Notes: a model not told the origin generated them from the letters alone. A stretch of 35,093 nt of DNA from Rhodospirillales bacterium (GCA_043732745.1 JAYTHH010000221.1:1-35093); one strand, 5' to 3'; shown: positions 16,361 to 26,552, counted from the first letter of the stretch. A program made the numbers and translations.

Positions 16361-17557
16361 CTACGTACCGGTCCGGCCACGCGGGCGCGGCGGCAGCTGG
16401 GCCGCACCCGGCGCCGCTGGATCGACCACCGTCACCTTCGAGCCGTCCGACAACCGCGACGCCCCGTCCGTCACCACGCGCTCGCCCTCTGCCACGCCCT
16501 CGGAGATGATCGCCACCTGAAGGTCCTCGTGGCTCACCTTCACAGCCTGCCGGGTCACGCTGCTGTCGTCCTTCACCACATAGACATAGGTGCCGGTGGG
16601 GCCCCGTTGCACCGCCACAGGCGGCACCGTGATCGCACCCATGCGGGTCTCGACCTTGAGTCGCACATTGGCAAACGCCCCCGGCCACAGGCGCAGCCGC
16701 GGATTGGGGAAGGTCGCCTTCAGCTTGATCGTGCCGGTGGTGGGGTCCACCTGGTTGTCCAGCACCGTCAGCGTGCCGCGGTCCAAGACTTCGCCGGGGT
16801 TCTCCTGCGCCATCGCCAGAACCTCTGGCGGTGCGGTGGCCATCGAAGCGGTGACGGCGCGCAGGCTCTGCTGCGGCAGGGTGAAAATCACCGAAATCGG
16901 CTGCAACGTCGTGATCACGCACAGCCCCGTCGTGTCGGAGGCGTGGACGATGTTGCCGACATCGACCAGCCGGATGCCGATGCGCCCGTCGATCGGGGCG
17001 ACCACGTTGGTATAGCCGAGATTGACCTTCGCGGTGTCGATCTGCGCCTGGTCGCCGGCCACCTGCGCTTCCAGCTGCGCCACCATCGAGCGCGCCTGAT
17101 CGGCCTGCTGGGCGGAAGCATAGGCGTTGGCCACCAGCTTGCCATACCGGGCAGCGTCCAGCCGCGCATTGGCCAAGGTCGCCTGATCCTGCGCCTTCTT
17201 CGCCGAGGCCTGGTCGAGCGCCGCCTGATAGGCACGCGGGTCGATGTGGGCCAGTATTTGCCCGGCCTTGACTTCCTGCCCCTCGGTGAACGCCATCTCG
17301 ATCAGCTTGCCGTCCACCTGCGCCTTCACGGTCACGGTGGCCGAGGCCTGCGCGGTGCCGAGCCCGTCCAGATAGATGGCCACGTCCTGCTTCTTCGCCG
17401 CCACCGCCAGCACGGGTATCACGGTGTTGGGATTGTTGGCGCCGCGGCGGCCACCGGTCGTCTGCGTCGGCGTACTCGGGGTGCGATGGGTGTACCAATA
17501 CCAGCCACCGCCGCCAGCCACCGCCACGATCAGCACAACGACGAAAAACCGGCGCAT
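16361..17557 (-). CDS. mdtA: RND efflux periplasmic adaptor (membrane fusion protein), MdtA/MuxA-like
   Basis: The 398-aa ORF has an N-terminal TM anchor (MRRFFVVVLIVAVAGGGGWYWY). It shows the coiled-coil/lipoyl/beta-barrel pattern typical of HlyD/MFP adaptors (VKAGQILAHIDPRAYQAALDQA...YTNVVAPIDGRIG). Confidence 0.9.
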   Translation of the reverse strand: MRRFFVVVLIVAVAGGGGWYWYTHRTPSTPTQTTGGRRGANNPNTVIPVLAVAAKKQDVAIYLDGLGTAQASATVTVKAQVDGKLIEMAFTEGQEVKAGQILAHIDPRAYQAALDQASAKKAQDQATLANARLDAARYGKLVANAYASAQQADQARSMVAQLEAQVAGDQAQIDTAKVNLGYTNVVAPIDGRIGIRLVDVGNIVHASDTTGLCVITTLQPISVIFTLPQQSLRAVTASMATAPPEVLAMAQENPGEVLDRGTLTVLDNQVDPTTGTIKLKATFPNPRLRLWPGAFANVRLKVETRMGAITVPPVAVQRGPTGTYVYVVKDDSSVTRQAVKVSHEDLQVAIISEGVAEGERVVTDGASRLSDGSKVTVVDPAAPGAAQLPPRPRGRTGT

Positions 17558-17582
17558 CAGCGTGAAATCCCTTTGTGTCGCA

Positions 17583-19046
17583 TCACAGCACGCCCTGAAG
17601 CAGGCGTTTTTCAGGCGGCATGGTCTGATCGATCGACCATCCGCCGCCCAGCGCCTTGTACAGATTGACCAGTGCCAGGAAGCGCTGCAGCCGGATCTGC
17701 GACAGCGAATCGAGATCGCTGAACAACGTGTTCTGCGCCTGCAGCGCCACCACGATGTCGCTGGTGCCGGCCAGCAGCTGGGCGCGCGCGATATCGGCGG
17801 CGCGCTGGGCGATCGCCACCGCCTGTTGCTGCAACGCCTCCTGCTCGGTGGTGTAGCGATACTGCGTCAGCGCGTTCTCCACGTCGGTGAAGGCCTGCAC
17901 CACCGCACGCCGGTAATCCGCCACCAACTCGTCGTATTTGCCCACGTTGAGGTCGTACTGCGCGCCTTTCAGCCCATTGTCGAAGACGGTCTGCGCGGCG
18001 GACGCGGCGACATTGGCCAGAATGGATGTCGGGCCGAACAATGTCGACAGCGCCGTGCTCTGCCAGCCGCCGCTGCCGGTCAGCGTGATCTGCGGATAGA
18101 AGGCCGCCCGCGCCGCGCGGATATTGGCGTTGGCCTGCATCATGCTGGCCTCGGCGGACGCCACGTCCGGCCGCCGCAGCAGCAGATCAGACGGCAGCCC
18201 CGGCTGCACCTCTGGCAGGGACAGCGTGTTCAACGTGCCGGGGCTGACCCTTATGTCCTCCGGCAGCCGCCCGGTCAGCACGCCCAACGCGTTGATCTGC
18301 TGCTGCGCCGAGCTGCGAAAGGCCGGGATGTTGGAGCGGATGCCGGCCACCAGCGCACCCTGCTGCGCCACATCCAACTCCGACGCTGTACCGGCATCGC
18401 GGCGCGCGGTGATGGCGCGCTCAATCTGCTCGGCGTCGTTGAGGTTGCGCATCGCGACCGCCAGCCGGTCCTGGAACGCCAGCGCGGTGAACCAGGTGGT
18501 TGCCACCGAACTCACCTGCGTCAGCGCCACCGTCTGCTGATCATATCGGGTGAACAGCGCCGCCGCCGCCGAAGCGTCACGCAAGGCGGCGACCCGGCCC
18601 CAGACATCCACCTCGTAGCTGATCGAGGCGTCCAACTGGCTGGAGCGCGTTTCGATGTAGCCACGGCGGCCGAGGCTGAAATTGCTGGAGGAATTTTTGC
18701 CGAAAAAGCTGCGGTTCCAGGTCTGGTTGCCATTGGCCGAAACCGTCGGCAGAAGCGGCGCGCCGGACACCCGCAACTGCGCATCCGCCTGGCGGATTCG
18801 GGCGATTGCGGCCTGGATGTCGAAATTGCCGGCCTCGGCGTCATCGACCAGCCGGTCGAGGTCGGGCGACTGGAAGCCTCGCCACCAACCCTTGTCGGGC
18901 CAGACCGGGCCCGCCGGTGTGGATTGCTGATATGCCTCGGGCGAGGCCTGCAACGGGCGGCGATAATCAGGCCCCAGGGAGCAGGCCGTGAGCAGCAGGC
19001 AGGCTCCCGCAAGGGAGAGTGAAGGGCGGAAAAAGCGAAGGTCCAT
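17583..19046 (-). CDS. RND efflux outer-membrane lipoprotein, NodT/OprM family
   Basis: The 487-aa ORF has a lipoprotein signal with lipobox LLLTAC followed by SLGPDYRRP. Tandem OEP repeats are typical of the NodT family. It is the first gene of the four-gene efflux operon. Confidence 0.9.
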   Translation of the reverse strand: MDLRFFRPSLSLAGACLLLTACSLGPDYRRPLQASPEAYQQSTPAGPVWPDKGWWRGFQSPDLDRLVDDAEAGNFDIQAAIARIRQADAQLRVSGAPLLPTVSANGNQTWNRSFFGKNSSSNFSLGRRGYIETRSSQLDASISYEVDVWGRVAALRDASAAAALFTRYDQQTVALTQVSSVATTWFTALAFQDRLAVAMRNLNDAEQIERAITARRDAGTASELDVAQQGALVAGIRSNIPAFRSSAQQQINALGVLTGRLPEDIRVSPGTLNTLSLPEVQPGLPSDLLLRRPDVASAEASMMQANANIRAARAAFYPQITLTGSGGWQSTALSTLFGPTSILANVAASAAQTVFDNGLKGAQYDLNVGKYDELVADYRRAVVQAFTDVENALTQYRYTTEQEALQQQAVAIAQRAADIARAQLLAGTSDIVVALQAQNTLFSDLDSLSQIRLQRFLALVNLYKALGGGWSIDQTMPPEKRLLQGVL

Positions 19047-19170
19047 GCGTGCGACGCGCGAGCCGGTGCCCGAACCGGGCTTCGGCCGCCACCCTATCCT
19101 TTCATTCGAACTTAGTGAGTTGGAAGCAGCGCATACCTATAGCGTAGGAATGGTTACGCGTAGATGTCAG

Positions 19171-19206
19171 AAAAATTGCCCGCCGCGGCTGAAATGCAAT
19201 ATTTCA
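19171..19206 (-). terminator. Weak terminator candidate after the CitE-like gene
   Basis: An A/T-rich inverted repeat, TGAAAT (19190-19195) / ATTTCA (19201-19206), begins 7 nt after the stop. On the gene strand it is followed by GCCGCGGCGGGCAATTTTTC, where the T5 run corresponds to the A-run at 19171-19175. The stems are short, so confidence is low. Confidence 0.25.
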
Positions 19207-19212
19207 ATCCTG

Positions 19213-20076
19213 TTATTTGACGCCGGCGCCCGCCGCCAGGATCCGTTCCGCCAGCCGAAGATGGGGACGGTCGATCATCTTTCCATCGAGCGTGAACACG
19301 CCGGCGCCGGGATTGGCGGCGAAACCGTCCGCCACCGCGCGGGCCCAGGCAATCCTTGCCGGATCGGGGGTGAAGGCCGCGTTGACGATTTCGATCTGGG
19401 CGGGGTGGATGCAGAGCTTGCCGGCAAACCCGTCGGCGGCGGCCTGCGCCGCCTCGTAGCGCAATCCGTCCGGATCGCGCGGATCGGGAAACGGTGTGTC
19501 GATGGCGGGCAACCCGGCGGCAGCGGCGGTCAGCAGCACCATGGCGCGGGCGTGGGCAATGGCGGCCGGATAGGCGCCGGGGCCGGTGCGCGGATCGATG
19601 CCGAGATCGGCCGACAGATCCTCCGCCCCGAAGCAGATCGCCGCGACGCGCCGGTTGCCCAGCATGGTGGGCAGTGAGAGGACCGATGCGGTGGTCTCGG
19701 TGGCGATGGGGATCACCTTGATTGTGCCGACTTCAATGCCGGCTGCCGTCTCCAGCGCTTCCAGATGATGGGCGATCGCCAGCAGATCGGCGGCCGAGCC
19801 GCATTTCGGCAGCATGATCGCGGCGGGCCGCCCGGGCACCACGGCGGCGAGATCGGCCAAATACCATTCGGTGCCCGGCGCGTTGATGCGTACGATCACG
19901 CCGGGGCGATGCAGACTCGGCAGCAGGGCCGCAACCGTGGCGCGTGCCGCGGGCTTCACGCCTGATGCCACCGAATCCTCCAGGTCGAGGATCACCGCAT
20001 CAGCATCCGACGCCATCGCCTTCTCGGCCTTTCGCTGCGAGTCGCCGGGGGCAAATAGCGGGCTGCGCAGTCGCAT
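19213..20076 (-). CDS. HpcH/HpaI aldolase / citrate-lyase beta subunit (CitE)-like CoA-ester lyase
   Basis: The 287-aa ORF has an N-terminus RSPLFAPGDSQRKAEKAMASDADAVILDLEDSV, the CitE-family DLED metal/substrate motif. An AGGA SD lies 7 nt upstream, and the gene starts 16 nt after the MaoC gene's stop. Confidence 0.8.
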   Translation of the reverse strand: MRLRSPLFAPGDSQRKAEKAMASDADAVILDLEDSVASGVKPAARATVAALLPSLHRPGVIVRINAPGTEWYLADLAAVVPGRPAAIMLPKCGSAADLLAIAHHLEALETAAGIEVGTIKVIPIATETTASVLSLPTMLGNRRVAAICFGAEDLSADLGIDPRTGPGAYPAAIAHARAMVLLTAAAAGLPAIDTPFPDPRDPDGLRYEAAQAAADGFAGKLCIHPAQIEIVNAAFTPDPARIAWARAVADGFAANPGAGVFTLDGKMIDRPHLRLAERILAAGAGVK

Positions 20077-20092
20077 GGCGGTGATCCTAATT

Positions 20093-20554
20093 CTAAACGG
20101 CGGTGGCGGGACGTTTGAGCATCAAGGCCGCGCGGTCGCAACGGGCGACAACTTCGCCGCGCTGGTTGGTGGCGGTGTGGCGAAACGTCACGATCCCCGC
20201 GTCACTGCGCGATTTGCTCGCCCGTGCGGCGACCACGATAGTGCGCGTGGAGAGGGTGTCGCCGGCGAACACCGGGGCCGGAAACACCACATCCGTCATG
20301 CCCAGGTTGGCCACGGTGGTCCCCATCGTGAGGTTGTGCACGGACATCCCGGTCATCAGCCCGAGGGTGAAAAGCGAGTTCACCAGCGGCTTGCCGAATT
20401 CGGTTTTCGCCGCGAATTCAGCGTCCAGATGCAGCTTCTGCACGTTCATCGTCATTGAGCAGAACAGCACGTTGTCGGCCTCGGTGACGGTGCGCGTCCA
20501 CTCCGCATCGATCTCCCGGCCCTCTGTCAGCTCCTCGAACCACAATCCCGCCAT
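20093..20554 (-). CDS. MaoC-family (R-specific) enoyl-CoA hydratase/dehydratase, single hot-dog
   Basis: The 153-aa ORF has a GGAGGA SD. The sequence ([36 protein letters not shown]...[11 protein letters not shown]) fits the MaoC dehydratase hot-dog pattern. Confidence 0.75.
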   Translation of the reverse strand: MAGLWFEELTEGREIDAEWTRTVTEADNVLFCSMTMNVQKLHLDAEFAAKTEFGKPLVNSLFTLGLMTGMSVHNLTMGTTVANLGMTDVVFPAPVFAGDTLSTRTIVVAARASKSRSDAGIVTFRHTATNQRGEVVARCDRAALMLKRPATAV

Positions 20555-20598
20555 GCGTCGTTTTCCTCCATCTTCGCTGCTTGCAACGAAACAATCTT

Positions 20599-20612
20599 GC
20601 GCGGCTCCGCGC
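20599..20612. promoter_or_regulatory. Palindrome GCGCGGCTCCGCGC in the divergent MaoC / ABC promoter region
   Basis: Arms of 6 bp (GCGCGG / CCGCGC) are separated by 2 nt. The palindrome sits immediately upstream of a TATATG -10-like hexamer (20613-20618), inside the 83-nt divergent intergenic region. It is a candidate operator only. Confidence 0.25.
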
Positions 20613-20637
20613 TATATGCAAATCAGGGGAGAAGAAG

Positions 20638-21400
20638 ATGAGGGAGAGGTCCGGGGTGCAAGACTCCATTCTGGCGACGCAGGGGCTGACGCGCGAGTTT
20701 CGTGGTTTTGTCGCTGTCAACAGCGTCGACCTCAACGTGCGCGCGGGGACGATCCATGCCCTGATCGGCCCAAACGGCGCTGGCAAGACCACGTGTTTCA
20801 ACCTGCTGACCAAGTTTCTGCAGCCCACGCGCGGCACCATTCACTTCAAGGGCCGCGACATCACCGGCATGAAGCCGGCCGACGTGGCGCGACTCGGGCT
20901 GATCCGCAGTTTTCAAATTTCGGCGGTGTTTCCCGAGCTTTCCGCGCTTCACAACGTGCGCCTTGCCTTGCAGCGGGCGCGCGGCGCCAGCTTCGACTTC
21001 TGGCGCTCCGAGGAGGTGCTGAACCAATACGACCAGCGCGCCGGGGAACTGCTCGAAGATGTCGGACTGACTGAATACACCGACACCCCGGCCGGGCAGA
21101 TGTCGTACGGCCGCAAGCGGGCGCTTGAGATCGCCACCACCCTGGCGCTCGATCCTGAAATGATGCTGCTCGACGAGCCCACCGCCGGCATGGCGCATGA
21201 TGACGTGGAGCGCATCGTGGCGCTGATCCGTCGCATCCGCACAGGGCGCACCATCCTAATGGTGGAACACAACCTCTCGGTGGTGGAAGGCCTGTGCGAC
21301 ACCATCACCGTTCTCACCCGCGGCCGCGTGCTGGCAGAGGGCGACTACGCCACGGTATCGGCCAATCCCGAAGTGATCGCGGCCTATCTGGGAGCGGAAG

Positions 21401-21408
<8 letters not shown>
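20638..21408 (+). CDS. Branched-chain-amino-acid-type (HAAT) ABC transporter ATP-binding protein, LivG-like
   Basis: Walker A is GPNGAGKTT, the ABC signature is MSYGRKRAL and Walker B is MMLLDEPTAG. I trimmed the start from 20581 to the ATG at 20638, which follows GGGGAGAAGAAG. Confidence 0.9.
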
Positions 21409-22120
<712 letters not shown>

Positions 22121-22156
22121 CCAAGAGTTATAGCACCGCCAAAGGGAGACAATCAT

Positions 22157-23380
22157 ATGCGCATCGACCGTAGAACGCTGCTCGGAACCGCCGCCGCGAC
22201 CGCCGTGGCCCTGCCTGGCATGGGCGCCCGCGCGCAAGGTGCAAGTTTGAAGATCGGCGTGCTCACCGACCTGTCCGGCCCGTACAAGGACCTCGCCGGC
22301 CCGCAGGCCGTGCAATGCGTCTATCAGGCGATGGAAGACTACGGCGTGTCGGCAAAGGGCATCAAGATTGAGGTTGTGTCTGGCGATCATCAGAACAAAC
22401 CCGATATCGGCTCGGGCATTGCGCGCCAATGGTATGACCGCGACGGTGTCGATCTGATCGTGGAAGTGGCGAATTCCGGCGTGGCGCTGGCGGTGGCCAG
22501 CGTCGCGAAGGAGAAGAACAAGGTCTATATCAACTCAGGCGCCGCAACGTCCGACCTCACGGGCGAGCAGTGCAACGCCAACACGATCCATTGGGCCTAT
22601 GACACCTACATGCTTGCGAAGTCCACCGGCGGTGCCTTGGTGAAGGCCGGCGGCGACAGCTGGTTCTTCATCACGGCCGACTATGCGTTCGGCAAGGCGC
22701 TGCAGCGCGACACCACCGGCTTCATTCAGGCCGCGGGCGGCAAGGTGGTGGGTGGCGTGGCGTATCCGTTCCCGGGCACGACGGATTTCTCGTCCATGCT
22801 GCTGCAGGCGCAATCTTCCGGTGCCAAGGTGCTGGGCATCGCCAATGCCGGCACGGACACCATCAACACGATCAAGCAGGCCAAGGAATTCGGCATCACG
22901 ATGACCCTGGCTGGTCTGTTGCTGTTCATCTCGGACGTGCATGCATTGGGCCTGGAAGTGGCGCAGGGCATTGCGTTGACGGACAGCTTCTATTGGGACG
23001 GCAACGAGCGCACGCGCGCCTTTTCCAAGCGCTTGCAGCCGAAATTCCCGACCGCGCGGCCCACGATGGTGCATGCGGGCGTGTATTCGTCGGTGCTGCA
23101 CTGGCTGAAGGTGGCGGGCCAGGCCGGCGTGCCCGCGATGAAGGGCAGCGGCACCGATGTGGTGGCGCGGATGAAGGCGATGCCGACTGATGACGATTGC
23201 TTCGGGCCGGGCCTGATCCGTGCCGACGGGCGCAAGATCCACCCGAGCTACCTGTGGAAGATCAAGAAGCCGTCCGAGAGCAAGGGGCCTTGGGACTATT
23301 ACACCCTCCTGGGTTCGACGCCGGCCGATGAGGCGTTCCGCCCGTTGAAGGACGGCGGCTGCGCTCTCGTGAAGGCCTGA
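22157..23380 (+). CDS. ABC transporter periplasmic substrate-binding protein (Peripla_BP_6 / LivK-like), twin-arginine signal
   Basis: The 407-aa ORF has an AAGGGAGA SD. The N-terminus MRIDRRTLLGTAAATAVALPGMGARAQG looks like a Tat signal. The mature part (KIGVLTDLSGPY...GDHQNKPDIG...WYDRDGVD) is typical of this SBP family. Confidence 0.88.
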   Translation: MRIDRRTLLGTAAATAVALPGMGARAQGASLKIGVLTDLSGPYKDLAGPQAVQCVYQAMEDYGVSAKGIKIEVVSGDHQNKPDIGSGIARQWYDRDGVDLIVEVANSGVALAVASVAKEKNKVYINSGAATSDLTGEQCNANTIHWAYDTYMLAKSTGGALVKAGGDSWFFITADYAFGKALQRDTTGFIQAAGGKVVGGVAYPFPGTTDFSSMLLQAQSSGAKVLGIANAGTDTINTIKQAKEFGITMTLAGLLLFISDVHALGLEVAQGIALTDSFYWDGNERTRAFSKRLQPKFPTARPTMVHAGVYSSVLHWLKVAGQAGVPAMKGSGTDVVARMKAMPTDDDCFGPGLIRADGRKIHPSYLWKIKKPSESKGPWDYYTLLGSTPADEAFRPLKDGGCALVKA

Positions 23381-23432
23381 TCTTCAAACGCGAAAACTTC
23401 GACCCAAAAAACCTCACAAAGGGGATACGTCC

Positions 23433-24665
23433 ATGGAAATCTCTCGTCGCTCGCTGCTCGGCAGTGCCGCCATCGGCACTGCCGCTACCGCAATGCCGAT
23501 CGCCCGTGCCCGCGCGCAGGGCAAGCCCGTCATCAAGATCGGCGTGCTCAACGATGCCTCCGGCCCTTATCGGGACACCGGCGGCAAGACCTCGTTCCTC
23601 GCCACCCAGCAGGCGGTCGAGGAATTCGCGTCGCTGGCCAATGGCTACACCGTCGAGGTGATCTACGGCGATCACCAGAACAAGCCCGATGTCGGCGCCG
23701 GCCTTGCGCGCCAGTGGTATGACCGCGACGGCGTGGACATGATCCTGGACGTGCCGACCTCGTCGGTGGCGCTGGCCGTGGCCGCCGTCGCCAAGGAGAA
23801 GGACAAGTGCTTCATCAACGTGGGCGCTGCGACCGCTGATCTCACCGGCAAGCAATGCGCGCCGTCCATCGTGCATTGGTCGTACGACACCTACATGCTG
23901 GCGAAGTCGACCGGCGGTGCGACGGTGAAGGCAGGTGGTGACACCTGGTATTTCATCACTGCCGATTACGCGTTCGGCCAGCAGTTGCAGCGTGACACGA
24001 CAACCTTCATCAACGCCGCCAAGGGCAAGGTGCTCGGCGCCTCGCCATATCCGTTCCCCGGCACGACCGATTTCTCGTCCTTCCTGCTGCAGGCGCAATC
24101 GTCCGGCGCCAAGGTGCTCGGCCTGTGCAACGCCGGCGGCGACACGGTGAACTCGATCAAGCAGGCGAAGGAATTCGGCCTGACCATGCAGATCGCCGCC
24201 ATGCTGATGTTCATCACAGACGTGAATGCGCTTGGCCTGCAAGTGGCCCAGGGTCTTCGCTTGACCGAGAGCTTCTACTGGGATCTGAACGACAAGACCC
24301 GCTCGTTCAAGGATCGGATGATAATCAAGAGCCCGGACAACTGGCCCAACATGATCCATGCGGGCTGCTACGCCAGCACGCTGCATTACATGAAGGCGAT
24401 GAACAAGCTTGGTGTCGCCAATTACCGCAAGTCCGGCACCAACATCGTCGATGCCATGAAGTCGATCCCCACCGAGGATGATTGCTTCGGCAAGGCGTCC
24501 ATCCGCGAGGACGGCCTCGCGCTCTTGCCGGCCTACCTGTTCGAGGTGAAGAAGCCTTCGGAGAGCAAGGGCAAGTGGGACTACTACAAGACCGTGCAGG
24601 TCACGCCTGCCAGTGAGGCCTGGCGCCCGCTGGCTGAAGGCGGATGCTACTTCATCAAGTCCTGA
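23433..24665 (+). CDS. Second, paralogous ABC substrate-binding protein (Peripla_BP_6 / LivK-like), twin-arginine signal
   Basis: The 410-aa ORF has the N-terminus MEISRRSLLGSAAIGTAATAMPIARARAQG. It is colinear with the upstream SBP over its full length and shares many identical blocks (GDHQNKPD, ARQWYDRDGVD, DTYMLAKSTGGA, ITADYAFG, YPFPGTTDFSS, LLQAQSSGAKVLG, IKQAKEFG, KKPSESKG). Confidence 0.88.
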   Translation: MEISRRSLLGSAAIGTAATAMPIARARAQGKPVIKIGVLNDASGPYRDTGGKTSFLATQQAVEEFASLANGYTVEVIYGDHQNKPDVGAGLARQWYDRDGVDMILDVPTSSVALAVAAVAKEKDKCFINVGAATADLTGKQCAPSIVHWSYDTYMLAKSTGGATVKAGGDTWYFITADYAFGQQLQRDTTTFINAAKGKVLGASPYPFPGTTDFSSFLLQAQSSGAKVLGLCNAGGDTVNSIKQAKEFGLTMQIAAMLMFITDVNALGLQVAQGLRLTESFYWDLNDKTRSFKDRMIIKSPDNWPNMIHAGCYASTLHYMKAMNKLGVANYRKSGTNIVDAMKSIPTEDDCFGKASIREDGLALLPAYLFEVKKPSESKGKWDYYKTVQVTPASEAWRPLAEGGCYFIKS

Positions 24666-24729
24666 CCACCAGACGATGCGCCCGGGGCGGAGACGCTCCG
24701 GGCCATCTGCCAATTCGGAATACCCCAGA

Positions 24730-25617
24730 ATGTTGATGGTACTTGGCTACAATATCGGGCCGTTGCTGGCGCAGAGTTTGCTCGGCCTGATCAACGGGGC
24801 GTTCTATGCGCTGTTGTCGCTGGGGCTTGCCGTCATCTTCGGCCTGCTCAACATCATCAACTTCGCCCATGGCGCGCTCTATATGTTGGGCGCCGTGGTG
24901 TCCTGGGTGCTGCTGAACCATCTCGGCCTCGGCTACTGGCCATCGCTGGTGATCGCCCCTCTCATTGTGGGCGCCTTCGGCATCGTTCTGGAGAAGCTGT
25001 TCATCAGCAAGCTTTATAAACTCGACCATCTCTATGGCCTGCTGCTCACCTTCGGCATCGCGCTGATCGTGGAGGGCCTGGCCCGCAACGAGTTCGGCAG
25101 TTCCGGCATGGCCTATGCCGTGCCTGAATCGCTTCGCGGCGCCACCAAGCTCGGCTTCATGATCATGCCGACCTATCGCGTCTGGGTGGTGGTGGCCTCG
25201 TTCGTGGTGTGCATCACGACCTGGCTGGTGCTGGAGAAAACCTCCATTGGCGCCACATTGCGCGCTGCCACCGAGAATGCGGCCCTTGTGCAGTCCTTCG
25301 GGGTGAACGTGCCGCGGTTGATCACGCTGACCTATGGCGCCGGCGTGGCGCTGGCGGCGTTGGCCGGCGTGATGGCGGCGCCGGTGTATTCGGTGAACCC
25401 GAACATGGGCAGCAACGTGATCATCATCGTGTTCGCCGTGGTGGTGATCGGCGGCATGGGGTCTATCCTGGGGTCCATCCTCACCGGCTTTGGCCTGGGC
25501 CTGCTCGAAGGCTTCACCAAGTTCCTCTATCCGCAGGGCTCCGGCGTTGTGGTCTTCGTTCTCATGATCATCGTGCTGCTGATCCGACCGGCTGGCCTGT
25601 TCGGAAAGGCCACCTGA
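24730..25617 (+). CDS. HAAT-family ABC transporter permease, LivH-like
   Basis: The product is a multi-TM protein (LLGLINGAFYALLSLGLAVIFGLLNIINFAHGALYMLGA...). I trimmed the start from 24613 to the ATG at 24730; the ATG at 24736 is also possible. Confidence 0.88.
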   Translation: MLMVLGYNIGPLLAQSLLGLINGAFYALLSLGLAVIFGLLNIINFAHGALYMLGAVVSWVLLNHLGLGYWPSLVIAPLIVGAFGIVLEKLFISKLYKLDHLYGLLLTFGIALIVEGLARNEFGSSGMAYAVPESLRGATKLGFMIMPTYRVWVVVASFVVCITTWLVLEKTSIGATLRAATENAALVQSFGVNVPRLITLTYGAGVALAALAGVMAAPVYSVNPNMGSNVIIIVFAVVVIGGMGSILGSILTGFGLGLLEGFTKFLYPQGSGVVVFVLMIIVLLIRPAGLFGKAT

Positions 25618-26552
25618 TGAAAATGGGTTTCACACGCGCCCAGATGGCCGCCTTCGTGGTCATGCTCGCGGTCATCGGCCTGTCGCCGATGGTGGTTTAT
25701 CCCGTGTTCCTGATGAAGGTGATGTGCTTCGCGCTGTTCGCATGCGCCTTCAACCTGCTGATCGGCTATGTCGGCCTGCTGTCCTTTGGCCATGCCGCCT
25801 ATTTCGGCATGGGCGCCTATGTCAGCGCGTATGCCGCCAAGACCTGGGGGTTTTCCGCCGAACTGTCGGTCATTGCAGGCGCGCTTACCGGCGGCGTGCT
25901 GGGCGCCTCTTTCGGTCTGATCGCCATCCGCCGCCAGGGCATCTATTTCTCGATGATCACGCTGGCTTTGGCCCAGCTCACCTACTTTATGTGCACCCAG
26001 CTTGCGTTCACCGGCGGCGAGGACGGCATCCAGCAGGTGCCACGCGCGCCGGTGCTGGGCTTCATCTCGATGCAGAACGACATGGCGATCTACTGGCTCG
26101 TGGCTTTCGTCTTCCTGGCTGGCTTCCTGCTGATCTTCCGCATCATCCATTCGCCGTTCGGCCAGGTGCTGAAGGCGATCCGCGAGAACGAACCGCGTGC
26201 GATCTCGCTCGGCTATCGCGTGGACGACTACAAGCTGATCGCCTTCGTGCTGTCGACCGCGATCGCGGGGGCGGCCGGCGGGATGAAATCCTTGGTGTTC
26301 GGTATCGCCACGCTGACGGACGTGACCTGGCAGGCCTCCGGCGAAATCGTGCTGACCACGCTCCTGGGCGGGCTGGGCACCATCTTCGGGCCGGTGATCG
26401 GGGCTGTGATCATCAACACGCTGGAATTCTACCTAAGCCCGTTTGGCTCGTGGGTGACGGTGACACAGGGCGTGATCTTCGTGCTGTGCGTGATGGCGTT
26501 CCGCCGTGGCGTGATCGGCGAGCTAGGTGCGAAGCTGAAAGTGTCGCTGTAA
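25617..26552 (+). CDS. HAAT-family ABC transporter permease, LivM-like
   Basis: The ATG at 25617 overlaps the upstream stop (ATGA). The product is a multi-TM protein (FALFACAFNLLIGYVGLLSFGHAAYFGMGAY...). The track ORF from 25209 is an out-of-frame read-through of the preceding gene and I rejected it. Confidence 0.88.
   Translation: MKMGFTRAQMAAFVVMLAVIGLSPMVVYPVFLMKVMCFALFACAFNLLIGYVGLLSFGHAAYFGMGAYVSAYAAKTWGFSAELSVIAGALTGGVLGASFGLIAIRRQGIYFSMITLALAQLTYFMCTQLAFTGGEDGIQQVPRAPVLGFISMQNDMAIYWLVAFVFLAGFLLIFRIIHSPFGQVLKAIRENEPRAISLGYRVDDYKLIAFVLSTAIAGAAGGMKSLVFGIATLTDVTWQASGEIVLTTLLGGLGTIFGPVIGAVIINTLEFYLSPFGSWVTVTQGVIFVLCVMAFRRGVIGELGAKLKVSL

Noticed and set aside
15422-17668. A very long (748 aa) + strand ORF spanning the antisense of mdtB, mdtA and the OMF gene.
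   Set aside because: Its composition (R/H/G/D/Q-rich, no motifs) is typical of antisense shadow frames in high-GC DNA. The opposite strand encodes unmistakable RND, MFP and OMF proteins. The same reasoning applies to 12596..13840, 10703..11440, 14108..14914 and 17376..19022.
23262-24713. A 483-aa minus-strand ORF antisense to the second SBP gene (and 22535..23242 antisense to the first).
   Set aside because: These are shadow ORFs. The + strand products are full-length, signal-peptide-bearing binding proteins with SDs.
25209-25616. A 5' extension of the LivM-like ORF, and similar 5' extensions at 311..367, 20581..20637, 24613..24729, 29409..29534 and 9855..9887.
   Set aside because: The extensions overlap upstream genes or lack an SD, whereas internal ATGs have good SDs and give family-typical N-termini.
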